Assembly: GCA_951406725.2 (NCBI GenBank)
Contig: OX597816.1
Location: 5,766,001-5,830,000, forward strand
DNA length: 64,000 nt
Reading direction: 5' to 3'
Source of the DNA: Octopus vulgaris
Lineage: Eukaryota
Positions 24,279 to 38,022 of the stretch are shown here, one piece after another. How positions within the stretch are numbered: position 1 is the first letter of the stretch; each line of letters opens with the position of its first letter. A model generated the notes under the pieces. The model made no database searches. It was not told the origin of the DNA and was given only the letters and a program-made list of their open reading frames with translations. Made by a program: the position numbers and the translations under genes.

Positions 24279-25034
24279 GTACATACATACATATATATAT
24301 TTATACATACATACATACATACTTATATATAGAGAGAGATATAGATATAGATATATATAGCATGATAAAAAACAAAAACACTAAGAGAAAACGTGGTGCA
24401 TCAGAAGAATAAAATTCGAAATATGAAACAGAAGTAACTCGAGAGTGAAACCTTTATCTAGATATTACGGAGTTAACGTTGAAAACCAGAAGATACAGAT
24501 TTTGTCCGGTAAAAAATTATCGCTTTGTAATCGTCTTATGCTAAAAAAAATACAATATCCTTGTGCTAGGTTAAGTGGGCGGAGGTTGAGTGTGCTAGGT
24601 TAAGTGGGCGGAGATGTGAGCGCGTGCGAAGATCCGTAATATATAATCAGACGGAGAGTAATTTTATCTTGAATTTCTCTTTATATTTTTAAATATTGCT
24701 TTATTTCATTTTACAGTAAGATTTTAAATACTTTTTTTTCTGTTGAAAATAAGTATTATTTGCATCGTTTTGAATAAGCACCAGAAAATTTGCTAAAAGT
24801 TAGATTATAATTATAGTATGTACGTCATATTTCCTGATATTACCCGTGGTGGAAAAAGTATGCTTCCATTGTTACCCGTCATTCAACGACAAACATTCTC
24901 GTAATATAACAAAAATAGGAAATTTCACAAAGTCGTTCAGCGAAACTAAATTCATACACAACTAGATACTCCACCTAACTTTATAAGTCAGTTGGTAACC
25001 AGACATTTTCAGTTCTGCTATAATTGCTCAGGAG

Positions 25035-25640
25035 AAGGTGAGCTGGCAGAAGCTTGGCGAAATATCTAACGACTCTTTTACTCTTTTACTCTTTTATATG
25101 TTTCAGTCATTTGACCGACCATGCTGGAGCACCGCCTTTAGTCGAGCAAATCGACCCCAGGACTTAATCTTTGGAAGTCTAGTACTTATTCTATCTGTCG
25201 CTTTTGCCTAACCGCTAAGTTACGGGGATGTAAACACACCACCATCGGTTGTCAAGCGATGTTGGGTGGAGAAACACAGACGCACAAACACACAGACACA
25301 GACACACACAAACACACACACACATATATATATATATATACATATATACGACGGGCTTCCTTCAGTTTCCGTCTACCAAATCCACTCACATGGCTTTGGT
25401 CGGCCCGAGGCTGTAGTTGAAGACACTTGCCCAAGGTGCCAAGTAGCGGGATTGAACCCAGAACCATGTAGTTGGGAAGCAAGCTTCTAACCACAGTCAC
25501 ACCTGCGCCCATAAACTCTGAGATCAAATCTCGCAGAGTTCAACTTTGTTTTTCCTTCCTTGGGGTTCGATAAAGTTAGGTTCCACTCAACGATTTGATG
25601 TGAATGTTATTGACTTGCTCCCTCCCCTTAAACTTTGCAA
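25035..25640 (+). mobile_element. Degenerate Nin-SINE split by a family A SINE
   Basis: Head GGTGAGCTGGCAGAA at ~25038; the remainder CTGAGATCAAAT...GGGGTTCGATAAAG follows 25515. Confidence 0.55.
25073..25510 (-). mobile_element. CORE-type SINE (family A)
   Basis: Similar to 14210-14636. Confidence 0.85.
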
Positions 25641-26404
25641 TGGACCGGCATCGTGTTTCAGGGGAATATTGAGACGTCATTAGTTTGCTACGGAAACCGC
25701 GTAACTGTCCTTATAAGCCCAAGAGATCGAGAACAAAAACATACAAATTAAATAATCTTTGGGTCTTTGTCATCTCGATATCTGGTTAATACAGTTAATG
25801 ATTTTCTCTTTTTCATCTTATTTCTCTTCTTCTGGTGTTTGATTATAAAAGAGCTAAGACACACTGCATAATAGTTTTCTTCTAATATATAAACCCAATA
25901 CTGCCAAATTGAATTAGAAAGCGGTATAAAATATATTACTTAATTCTTTCCTTGATTTGATTCCCTCGACAAATGCCACACAGGGGGAACAGCCTTCCCT
26001 TCACTAAGTTTAGTCTATTTTATCGATCACAGCATTTAGCTATTTTATCGATCGTTCTTTGTCGAATAGCTATTTCAAACTTGCTGTAAAGGGGCGTAAC
26101 CCGGAATGAGAAGCATTCCAGGTCACACCTCCTTACGACAATCAGCTATCCCCCGACGATATACGCACAAGAGAAACTTATCACATACGCATTCGCATAC
26201 ATACAGACATGCACATATACACACATACATACATACATATTAACGGTGATAGCTGGACGATGTCTTAGCAGGTCGAAACTTCGAAGTCACAGTGAATAAT
26301 ATTCTTATTTAAGGATAATAAATGTGTACTCTACAAAAGCATAGAGTAACCAATCCGATTTATGTAAAATTGTTTTTATTATAACTGAACGTAAAAACAA
26401 ACAT

Positions 26405-26479
<75 letters not shown>

Positions 26480-26610
26480 ATATTTTATATATAAAGAACG
26501 TGAAATACAGGAAGGGACAAACACGGAACACAGACAAATCATTCGAAGCCTTCAATCTTCAGTCAGACACTGAATCATCATAGCAAATTTCGGCTGTTCA
26601 TATATATATA

Positions 26611-26718
<108 letters not shown>

Positions 26719-26754
26719 TATATATAATATATATATATATATAAATATATATAT

Positions 26755-27090
26755 CGAATCGCAAGGTGGTGTCAACATCAATGGCGAGCTCCTCACCCAC
26801 CTCCGTTTCGCTGACGACATCGTACTCATCGCTGAAAACATGGATCAGCTTCAGACCATGCTGACGGAGCTCGACATCAAAAGTTCTGCAGTAGGTCTCA
26901 AGATGAACCGCATGAAAACAAAGTTCATGCGGTCAGACAATGTACCAACAGGTCGAATGCTGATCGGCAGTGATGAAATAGAGGAGGTGAGAGAATATGT
27001 CTACCTGGGACAGGAAGTAAATATGTGCCGGGATATCAAAAAGGAGATCTCACGGAGAGTAAGGGCCGGATGGAAGGCGTTCAATGGCAT
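26755..27090 (+). mobile_element. RTE-clade LINE reverse-transcriptase internal fragment
   Basis: Open translation GVNINGELLTHLRFADDIVLIAENMDQLQTML...GLKMNRMKTKFM...YVYLGQEV...EISRRVRAGWKAF (FADD catalytic motif). Confidence 0.9.
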
Positions 27091-27181
27091 ATATACATAT
27101 ATATATATATATATACTAGCTGAAGGTGACCCGCTCTACGCGCGGGTAAGAGTGTGGTTGTTACTTTCTGTTGCTTCCTTT

Positions 27182-27500
27182 TAGCACGTAAAAAGCACCA
27201 TCCGAACGTGGCAGATTGCAGCGCCGCCTTGACTCGCTTCTGTGCTGGTGGCACGTAAAAAGCACCAACCGATCGTGGCCGCTACCAGCCCCCCCCCCTG
27301 GCACCTGTGCAGGCGGCACGAAAAAAGCACCCACTACGCTCACAGAGTGGTTGGCGTTAGGAAGGGCATCCACCTGTCGAAACAATGCCAGATCAGACTG
27401 GAGCCTGGTGCAGCCTCCTGGCTTCCCAGACCCCTGTCAAACTGTCCAACCCGTGCTAGCACGGAAAACGGACGTTAAACGATGATGATGATGATGATGA
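27182..27500 (+). mobile_element. 5'-truncated retroposon (SINE-like) with (GAT)n tail, inside the Helitron
   Basis: Three GCACGTAAAAAGCACC-like repeats, GGTTGGCGTTAGGAAGGGCATCCA motif, and tail GGACGTTAAAC(GAT)n. Confidence 0.7.
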
Positions 27501-28190
27501 TTCTCCCTCTTTGTTTCTTTCTCCTTTCTCTCTCACTTTCCCTACTCCCTTACTCTTCCTTTCTCTCGGACTCTCCCTCGCTTTCTCTTACTCTCTATCT
27601 TTATGTATCTCTCTCCCATTTATAAACAACAAAAGATGTTGAGTAAGTTGAGAAATAAAATATTTAGAAAGATAAATCATAAATATCAGGCAGTAACAAC
27701 GGAAAGGTCTGCTTCAAGACAGACAGCAAAACACTAACATTTAAAAGGGACAGACGAACTTGCGAGCTGAATAAAAATAATAAAATATTGGAAACCAAAG
27801 TTAGAAGGGATAGAATTTGAGGATAGTAGAGTCACCATGGCTGGCATTTCTTAACGACGGACAGCAACGTATTGACAGTTCAACGGCTGGCGTAAAATTT
27901 TGAACTTGATGTAAAAGAAAATCCCTAAAAACCAAGTTTTGAATTGATTCTTTCTCACGACAGTAGACTCACGATGGCAAGCATTCAAAACTTCTTCATC
28001 ATGGACGGCAACACATTGACGATTAAAAGGCTGGCGCAAATTTTTTAGCTTGATGTAACAGAGAATTGCTAAACACCCGCTCCTTTAAATTTTAATCCCC
28101 TTCCAGCCCCATTTAGACCCCTTTTCACGTTTTGGTTAATATAACCCGATTTCATTTGGGTCTACTGGGGCCACATTTTATAAGATGAGG

Positions 28191-28341
28191 ACTCAACCAA
28201 GTTTCCCAAGTTCTGGTCATAGACCATAGAATACTCAACCAAGTTTCCCGAGTTCTGGTCATAGACCATAGAACAGTGAAGCAAGTTTCCCGAGTTCTGG
28301 TCATAGACCATAGAACACTCAACCAAGTTTCCCGAGTTCTA
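28191..28341. repeat. 42-bp minisatellite, ~3.6 copies
   Basis: ACTCAACCAAGTTTCCCGAGTTCTGGTCATAGACCATAGAA(T/C) is repeated. Confidence 0.9.
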
Positions 28342-29530
28342 TTCATTTGCAGAATAAATAGAGACGGCGGAGGTGACAGACGTCGTTGCGATGTAAACAT
28401 GATTTGTTATAAGAGAAAGATTGTCCAGATTGTGTGTTGGTGGTGGTGGTGGCGATGATAATTATCTTTAAGAATGGAGATAAAGAGAAATTGAATGGGA
28501 GTTAGAGGTAGAAAGAGAAGTTGTAAATTTTGGAGTGAATCCGACGGGATGTAGTGGGCTTTAACCCCGGCAAAAAAAAAATAATATCTGTTGCGTTTCT
28601 GAAAGAGTTGAAGTAGGAATATTGAAACTTTTGCGGCTGCCATTGATAGACTCGTTGTAGAATAAATAGAGACGGCGAAAAAAGAGAGAGCTTGAGAAAG
28701 AAAAGGTGATATATGAAAGAGAGGACGGGAAAATGAAATATTTTGCAATGTAAACATGATTTGTTTTAAGAGAAAGATTGTCATGATTGTGTGTTGGTGG
28801 TGTTGGTGGTGGCGATGATAATTATCATTAGGAAAAAGAGTGAGTGAGTGAGAAAGACATACATAAGTTGTGGCGATGATAATTGTAGACCCCTTTTCAT
28901 ATTTTGATGAAGAAAACCCGATTTCATTCGGCTGTACTGGGGCCACATATAGGTGTGTGTGTGTGTGCACGCTGTAGAAATTAAATTAGAGATAAAACTA
29001 CTAATAGGGAAATGAAACAGTAAAAAACCAAAAACAAAAACATAAAAATAAAAATATAATATTAGATATATGTATATATGTGTGTGTGTGTTGACAGGTA
29101 GACAATAGAATGCGATGGCGATGGCGATGGCGATGGCGATGGCGATGGCGATGTAATATTTGTTTCTGACTATGAACGCTGATAGATACATGAGTAAAAT
29201 GTATGGGAAGCTAAGAGATAAGAGTGAGTGAAAATGTTTCTTCGAAGAGAGGAAACAGCGAGAGAGTGATTTGAGGAAGACTTTACATTAAATAACCGTA
29301 GTGGCATTGTCATGTGAAGAGGAGTGAGAGAGTACTGGAGGAAATAGGATGAGTGAGGAAGATGGCCCCTAGCAACCACACCTTTTAAGATAGGGATTTC
29401 TAAGGTAGCCCACGCGCATCGTCACCTCATTCTACATGTCCCTGTAAATTTTGGAGCGAATCGGACGGGATGTAGTGGCATTGAAAGCGATCCAAGCGGT
29501 AAAAACGCAATTCAGTTTTATAAATAGAGA

Positions 29531-29561
<31 letters not shown>

Positions 29562-29779
29562 CGTATATTGATGTAAGCATGGTGTATGTGTGTCTGTGTG
29601 TATACAGAGAGAGCCTGAGACACTGAGAGAGAGAGAGAGAAAGCGATGAACATACATACTCGTATGAAGTCCAAAGTACAATTTGTCTTCTCAAAAAAAA
29701 CAGACAAATTCTCACAAGCGTTTCAGTTAAAACAAAAGAAGAATTACGAAAGAGATATGAAGAAGCATTACGCAATAAG

Positions 29780-30640
29780 GGACTACGCAATCACTTTCAT
29801 GTAGTCACAACAGAAGTTGGTGGAAAACTTAGGTGCGATTGGCTGAAGAAAGAAACGCTGCAAAAAGAGGCCAAGACAACTATACTGACGGCGCAAGACT
29901 AAGCTTTGGATACGAATTGGAGAGTCAACCTTAGGAATGAGCAAGTTTCTCTTCTGTGGCGCATGTGTAACAAAGAGTTCGAAGCCGTTGCCCATATCGT
30001 GAACGAGTGCCCTTGACTTGCCCCAAACCACTACAAATTGTGGCGACACGATCAGGTAGCAAAACTGCTACATTGGAAACTGTGCGAAAAGTGGGGGCTA
30101 GAGAGATGCAAGACGTGATATGAAGAAAACCGCAGAGAGTGGTGGAGTCGGAGGTTTGCAAAGTCCTCTCGGATTTCCCAATTCAAACAAAGCATAACAG
30201 ACCGAACCTAGTGGTGGTCGACAAGATGCACCACATGTACTATATAGCTAATGTTGCTTGCTTTTTTAATCCACTAATAGTCAAGAAAGAAGGCGAAAAA
30301 ATAGGTATGTACAATGCTCTTAAGTACAAAATAACCCGGCTATGGAAAATGAAGAAGGTGAAGATAGTGCCAATTATTGTTGGGTCCTTGGAGAGAGTAT
30401 CAGAAGGCATCAAGAGGAATATAAAGGAAATTGGAATAGAGTGCCCAGTAGAACTGTTACAAAAGGTTTGCCTCTTTGGCACGGCCAGAATAATCAGGAA
30501 AGTACTTGATAGCTGAAAAGAACGAGTAGCATGGTATCGTAGGCTGCAGGTAGCAAGGTTGTTATGCATGTAGAACTCTAGGAATTACAACAAACCCTGA
30601 GATAAAAAGGATAATTATAATAATAGTAATAATGTTAATA
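29780..30640 (+). mobile_element. R4/Dong-clade LINE 3' end (restriction-like endonuclease)
   Basis: RHDQVAKLLHWKLCEKWG, then ORF 30139-30516: DFPIQTKHNRPNLVVVDK...KKEGEKIGMY..LK...LWKMKKVKIVPIIVGSL...LLQKVCLFGTARIIRKVL. TAA-rich tail at ~30611-30641. Confidence 0.85.
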
Positions 30641-30981
30641 ATGTCCTGATGCAGTACCGAGCAGTGGCTCTCTTGGCTTCTCATCTTAACTGATTGGAAG
30701 CGTTATCATGTACATTGTTTCGTCTTGGTTTAAACGATGGGACACAGCAAATATTCTGCTCAATACCACAGATTTACGCGTCATTTGTTTGACCATAACC
30801 AGTTGAGCATGTCCCTTAGTGGCTGACGATACGTGCATGAAAAGAGGAAGAGAAAATGAGAGGGAGAAAGAGAAAAGAGAGAGAAAAAGTGAAAAGAAGT
30901 AAGAAAAGGAGTGTTAGTGGACGGTCAAAATAATGTGAGGGGTGGATGGGAGAGGAGTGGGTAGAGATAGGAAGAGATGAG

Positions 30982-31059
<78 letters not shown>

Positions 31060-31389
31060 TAAACAGTAAAAATAATTACAGACATGGACAAGAACATGAA
31101 ACACATATATATATATATATATATCATCATCAAGAAGTGGTTGCCATTACAAAATGATCTTCCGTTGCTAGGGAATTGTCTGCTGATTTTCATTCACATC
31201 GAATAACCGATAGTTTTTACATTTCCTTTTTATGTTTTATGGGTCAGAAATACTAAGTTTAAGTCACGAAATATATAAAGTCGACTCGTTTACACTTGTA
31301 TGAACATATGAGGAGACAGCCGTTTACACACACACACAAACATAAATACATATATGTAGCTGTGTTTGTGTATATATGTATGTATATGC

Positions 31390-31452
<63 letters not shown>

Positions 31453-31474
31453 TAGATAGATTGATAGATAGATT

Positions 31475-31543
<69 letters not shown>

Positions 31544-31554
31544 GTATTTGTATA

Positions 31555-31690
31555 AATAGGCCTGGTTGTGTATTAAGAAGCTTGCTTCTCAACCTCATGG
31601 TTCCGGGTTCAATCCAGCTGTATGACAGCTTGGACGAGTGTCTTGTACTATAGCCTCGGGCTGACCAAAAGTTAAATGACTGAAACATGT
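31555..31690 (+). mobile_element. Family A SINE, internally deleted
   Basis: ATGGTTCCGGGTTCAATCC...TACTATAGCCTCGGGCTGACC joined directly to the tail AATGACTGAAACA. Confidence 0.6.
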
Positions 31691-31869
31691 AAGAGTTTTT
31701 CAATGTAAACTTGGAGAGTAGCAATGCAATGGCTCAAATAAATCTGTGTCTTCCATCAAATGCACGAAGAGCGGAGCATTCCACACGTTATTTATCTGAA
31801 TTCATTAATTTTATCTGAATTCATTAATTTATTTATCTGAATTCATAAATTTTAAAGAAGTACCAAATT

Positions 31870-32460
31870 TAATCTCGTTCAAATTAGGAGCCTTTGACTC
31901 CTTGTTGCGCTCCGCCCATTTCGTGAAGGCCACATGGAAGCGCGCCAAAGTGAGGGACCCTTGTCACAGCTTCGTTTACTTTCAAAACGACTGTTCCTTA
32001 AGTTTTCCTTCAGCGTGGGGAACCACCAAAAGGCACAGGGAACGAGGTCCAGATTTTAGGGAGGAAGAGTGACAGTTTTGAAATCCCCCCCTGTCCAGTA
32101 GTTGTTTGCCTGGATTGAATCGGGGACAAATGCATAGCTCAGTAGTAAGTGCGTTGATCGTTAGAACTAAAATCTCTTCCTGAACTCCTTCAAAATCTTC
32201 AAAGTACTTTTTGTTGATCGAGCGGCTTGAGGAGAAATTGGGGATAATGATGATTCTCTTGTTGTCGAAAAAGATCATCATAATACCCCGATGGACTTAC
32301 TTTTCCTGGATTCTTGTGCCAGCGAAAAACGGATGTTTGCTTGATGCAAGTAAATCCATAAGCAGTCTCTGGCATTTCATAGGTTTTATGTAATACTTTT
32401 GTCCAGTTTTACATAAAACTTCATTACATTGCGAGCGTCCGCGTTCTCTTCACGTTCCGA
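31870..32460 (-). mobile_element. Mariner transposase remnant
   Basis: Minus translation TVTLPP*NLDLVPCAFWWFPTLKENLRNSRFE corresponds to HPPYSPDLAPCDFWLFPKLK. Confidence 0.65.
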
Positions 32461-32505
32461 TTGCATTTCGCAAACTACTCAACTGTGACAAATAATATTT
32501 AGTAG

Positions 32506-33092
32506 GGGCGGCGAGCTGGCAGAACCGTTAGCACGCCGGGCAAAATGCGTACCCGTATTTCGTCTGTCGTTACGTTCTGAGTTCAAATTCCGCCGAGGTC
32601 GACTTTGCCTTTCATCCTTTCGGATTCGATGAAATAAGTACCTATTTCTTTACTGCCCACAAGCGGCTAAACACAGAGAGGACAAACAAGGACAGACAAA
32701 CGGATTAAGTCGATTACATCGACCGCAGTGCGTAACTGGTACTTAATTTTTCGACCCCGAAAGGATGAAAGGCAAAGTCGTCCTCGGCGGAATTTGAACT
32801 CAGAACGCAACGACAGACGAAATACGGCTACGCATTTCGCCTGGCGTGCTAACGTTTCTGCCAGCTCGCCGTCTTTCGATGAAATAAGTACCAGTTACGC
32901 GTTGGGGTCGATATAATCGACTTAATCCGTTTGTCTGTCCTTGTCTGTCCCCTCTGTGTTTAGCCCCTTGTGGGTAGAAAAGAAATAGGTATTTCGTCTG
33001 CCGTTACGTTCTGAGTTCAAATTCCGCCGAGGTCGACTTTGCCTTTCATCCTTTCGGGGTTGATTAAATAAGTACCAGTAGTAAAGAAATAA
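32506..33092 (+). mobile_element. Nin-SINE (head plus partial second unit) hosting an opposite-strand copy
   Basis: Plus copy spans 32506-32642 and 32875-33092. Confidence 0.85.
32643..32874 (-). mobile_element. Nin-SINE nested in an opposite-strand Nin-SINE
   Basis: 18-bp TSD TTCGATGAAATAAGTACC at 32625-32642 and 32875-32892. Confidence 0.9.
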
Positions 33093-34987
33093 GTAATTAG
33101 TAGAGTTTGTTCAAAATACTGTTACAGCCGTCTCTTTCCATCTGGAATCACAAAAGTTGGTGGCAGGTTAGCTTATTAGATATGTATTAATGATATACTA
33201 AATTTACGACAATCTGGGCAAGTTATAACTTCCTCTCCTAAAAAAGTCTCAAAGCTTCTGGAACGCACTTCGTTATACTCCATGAGTTGACAACGAAGAC
33301 AGAGACAACATGAGTGACATCGGATTGTCAGACCAACAGACAGACGGAGTGTGTAAATGATTGCGTTAGAGACAGACATATCAAAATGCAACTGACACAG
33401 CACATATTGGCCTTTGGAGACCTGTAATAGAAGCAAAAACTATTAATAAGCTGCAAAATTATTAATATACTCAACACATTTATATTTTATGTAGTCACTT
33501 CTCAATACCGTTGTTCACTTAGAGGTTACTACTTGGAGTCGAGCTACAGAATATTGTAATAAAAATATAGCAATAAATCTACTTTTTTTGTTAAAATGTC
33601 CAATAAATATATTCAGATTATTTTCGTTTGATTATTTTTTATTGCTTAACATTTTTGGCAAAAATATAGATTTTCTCATATTTTTTTACTTTGCTTTTAA
33701 TCCGTTTCCTATTATTTATTCCTGTAGTGAATTGAGTATGAATGACTGTATAGCACTCTCGTGACAACGAATACTGTGTCGTTGGATTCTTTTATTGCCA
33801 TCTTCCTGGCAATAAACTCGGCTAACTCTCTAGTAGACCATTATTGAAGTTCTGATTGTAATTGAAGAGCATAATTTGTTCGTATCTAAGGAAATACAAT
33901 TAAGTCTGTTGATTAAACTTATCAATTCGTTCTCATACTTAATTCAAATGCTATTGTTTTTTCATACCACATATTCTATATCCTGTTGTATAAGTTCCCA
34001 TCGCTATATATTCACTGACTAAAGTTTAAATTGATAAAGTTTTCGTTTTGTCTCATCCTTTTTGTTACCCGTTCTGCTCCCCATTGTACGTATAAAAATA
34101 CTTTCCAAGTGAATTACGGTTGAATTGACTTTACCTCTTAATTCTTCCGTCTATTATCTTCTTTGGTCGTTCCTTTTATTTATCGCCAATTCTTTTCCAT
34201 TCTTTTAATCCACAACATTCTCTTTCCTCGCTTCTATCCATTCGCTTCAGTTTAATCTACAAAACTTTTTCCAAAAACTCTCTTCAATTCTTTGCATCAT
34301 TCTGTTTTCCTATCATTCTTCCCCCATTGTCTTACAAAACCTCCTCAGCGCCATCATCAACATCATCACCTTCGTTTTCTTTTTACTTCTTTTCTAACAG
34401 TCTTTCTATTCAATTCTCTTCTATTCTTCTATTATTCTTGTCTTCTTTCGCACCGCAGATTTATTTTCTTCTAAACTCTCAACAGTTTCTCATAATGCTC
34501 CTCTACCACATACAACCACCAACAGCATCTTACTTTTTAATAACTTATCTAAATAGCGATGATTAATCGTTTGGCGTTACACAATTAGAAATCTCCTTTT
34601 TTTCATGAGAGTTAGCGTTACGATATTCTGTTTCTATTTGATATAGTCGAACGAGACCTCCATAGTTTCTTAGGTTGATAATTAAATGGACGTGTAAAGA
34701 TAGCAAACATGACCTTTCTAGACCATTCCAGACTAAATAGATAGAAAGTTTATGGTTGATTTGAAGTCCTAATGAGCAAGGCTAAAGGTCGGTAGAAGAA
34801 GAGAAGCGGAGGACTGCTGTTTTCAGTGATCTACATACAGAAAACTTATGTGGGTCTGAGACTAAAACGCAGAAGAGATAACGGGAGCAATTTTGAGAGG
34901 AGATGCAGTTTGTTATTTATGAGGCGGAAGTAGGACCAGGGAAAAGGAAGTCAAGGATATGGGTTTCTTGAGATGGAGAATAGAGGT

Positions 34988-35228
34988 TCTCTTTTATTTT
35001 TTACTAGTTTCAGACATCAGAATGCGGCCAAGCTGGAGCACCGACTTGAGGCATTTTTAGTCGAACTAATCGACTCCAGCATTTTTTAAGTCCGGTACTT
35101 ATTCTATTGGGGTTTTTTTGATGAACCGTTAAGTGACGGAGATGTAGACAAACCAATACCAGTTGTCAAGTCGTGGCGGGTGCACACACATACACACACA
35201 CATACACACACACACACACACACAAACA

Positions 35229-35303
<75 letters not shown>

Positions 35304-35452
35304 GACAGGCTTCTTTCAGTTTCTGTCTACCAAATGCACTCATAAGACTTTGGTTGGCCCAAGACTATAGTAGAAGATATTTGCCCAATGTGCCATGCAG
35401 TGGGACTTATATCATTAGGTCGGAAAGAACCTCTTACCACACAGCGACGCCT
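34988..35452 (-). mobile_element. CORE-type SINE (family A), diverged
   Basis: Similar to family A, with internal (CA)n(TA)n. Confidence 0.8.
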
Positions 35453-36354
35453 AGGCTGGTGAAATTTTTGTCAATCAGCCTCATTGCCTATTTAGGAACT
35501 TAAATGGCGTAGCTTTAGCACCGTACCAAATGAGAAAGAGGTAGTAGCTGCATGGAAATCACAGTTTAACCTTGCAGTGACTTGGTAACTACTTAGAGCT
35601 GAAGTATTTACTGGTCGCATCGAAGAATCCAAGTCTTTATTTATATTTGGGAATGATATCGCAATAATATCACTTGGAATCTTGGAATATTTTGAACTTT
35701 TGCATTAGCAGCATAGCCTTGGCTCTATCTTATGTGTACGTAGAGGATGTTTTGTGCAATGCAAAACAGGAAGTAGTGTTCAAATGACTTTCGATTTTAA
35801 CTTCAAATTCTTCATCCGGGACTTGGTCCACGGTTTCAAGAGTGGCTATAAGAGAAATCGAAGGCGAACTGATATGGATATAACGATAGATATACCGATG
35901 CACAATTAGGCTTAACATATATAAACATATATACATCTTACACTAATCAATTACTTCAACATGAACGCAACATTCAAAATACTGCCTGAATTTACCTGGA
36001 TTTACCTGGGATTATACCCAAGGGCCTATACCTTCACGGTAGTACTGAACAACCTCCATACTCTATGGAAAAAGATGAACTGTGAACTGTATTCTCCTCT
36101 CTGTATTCTTCTATCTACTTTTACTCTTTATCCTTGTATTTAACACTTTATTCCTTATGATATAATATATAATATATTTTATTCTTTATAAGCTGCGAAT
36201 TTACCTGTCTGGAATTTTCATACATATTCACCTTGTTTCTAATGACGGAATACCCAGCGTACGGATATTCTAGCCTATCACTTGACATATCCCAGAAAAA
36301 GCTGTAAGATTTCAAATTCAGCGCGTTAATTCGCTAGCTTCTGCACGCATTTTT

Positions 36355-36904
<550 letters not shown>

Positions 36905-37089
36905 AAAATATAACACTAACTGAAAAGCAAAATCCACCTTCACTTATAGATGACGGAATTAAACGTGCTAAGAAATTATACATTTAAACTCTAAGGGCAT
37001 CACTACGTAATAGCATACCTCATCTCCAAACAACACTACTCTATATATATCAACTCAGAACCCTAGAAACAATGAGGCATACAACAGTA

Positions 37090-37650
37090 TTGTACAAAAT
37101 CTACCTATGATCACTAGAGATCCAAAAATGGACAACATTCTGAAAAGATATAAATTCATCAAATGCAAAAAGCAATACAAATCGCTAAAAAGACTTCTAA
37201 CAAATGCGAAGCTGTACAAAAGAACCACGAAACCTACGGTTATAAACGATGCCCACAATGTGGAAGTTGATCCAACGTACTGGAAGGCTCGGAATTCCTA
37301 TTCAAACAAGAAGAAACATTCACAATTAATACCAGCTTCCCTTGTGCATCTGAGAATCGAATTTATGTTATAACTTACTCAGTTTATGGATATGACTATA
37401 TAGGGCTGACAAGCATGACACTGAGACGTAGAACCACACTTCAAAAAGAGCAGATCCGGTTCCCACAACACAGGCAGATTCCTTTCAGCGAACACGTAAA
37501 GAGATGTGCAGGTAATATGCAACCAAATTTCATAGTTTTCCTCATCTAACAGTGCAAAGACACAATTCCTATACAAGAACGTTTAAATAAAGAAAATGTG
37601 TTCGTCGTAAAAATACAGAACGCGTCTAAATATGAATGCATGACCAACTT
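37090..37650 (+). mobile_element. Penelope-like GIY-YIG remnant (same family as 14820-15890)
   Basis: EFLFKQEETFTINTSFPCASENRIYVITYSVYGYDYIGLTSMTLRRRTTLQKEQIRFP. Confidence 0.8.
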
Positions 37651-37965
37651 TGATCTCAGTATATATTTTAATTCACGACCACATAACCATCACTGTAGAT
37701 ATTTTTCCATTACTTCATCTTTGAACAACTACCTCCCTTGTCCACAATAACAGCGACCACCAATTACCTCCCGTTAGATTATTCTACTTGTTGATTCCTT
37801 CTTTCATAAACCTCTCCACATAGAACAGGGTCAAAACTTTTTTTAAGAAAACAGAAAATTACAATAATTTCAATGTTATGATTATCGAAACTGGTCGACA
37901 AACATAATACAAAGCATAATATAAAATATATTAATAAAAAATATATTAAAAGTATGTGCATTTTC

Positions 37966-38022
<57 letters not shown>

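Larger units (their letters stand above)
27116..29533 (-). mobile_element. Composite non-autonomous Helitron (2.4 kb)
   Basis: Minus strand starts A|TCTTCTCTATTTATAAAAC at 29533 and ends with hairpin CCCGCGCGTAGAGCGGG-TCACCTTCAG-CTAG|T at 27116. Both ends lie in (TA)n. Confidence 0.75.

Noticed and set aside
28191-28341. CRISPR-like regular repeats
   Set aside because: Contiguous 42-bp tandem units with no unique spacers and no cas genes, in a eukaryotic context.
30139-30516. 125-aa ORF as a host gene
   Set aside because: It is the endonuclease end of an R4/Dong LINE with upstream frameshifts and a PD>PN change.
33176-33436. Cys-rich minus-strand ORF after an acceptor-like TTACAG
   Set aside because: No recognisable domain. 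Part resembles a decayed DNA-transposon end, so evidence for an exon is insufficient.
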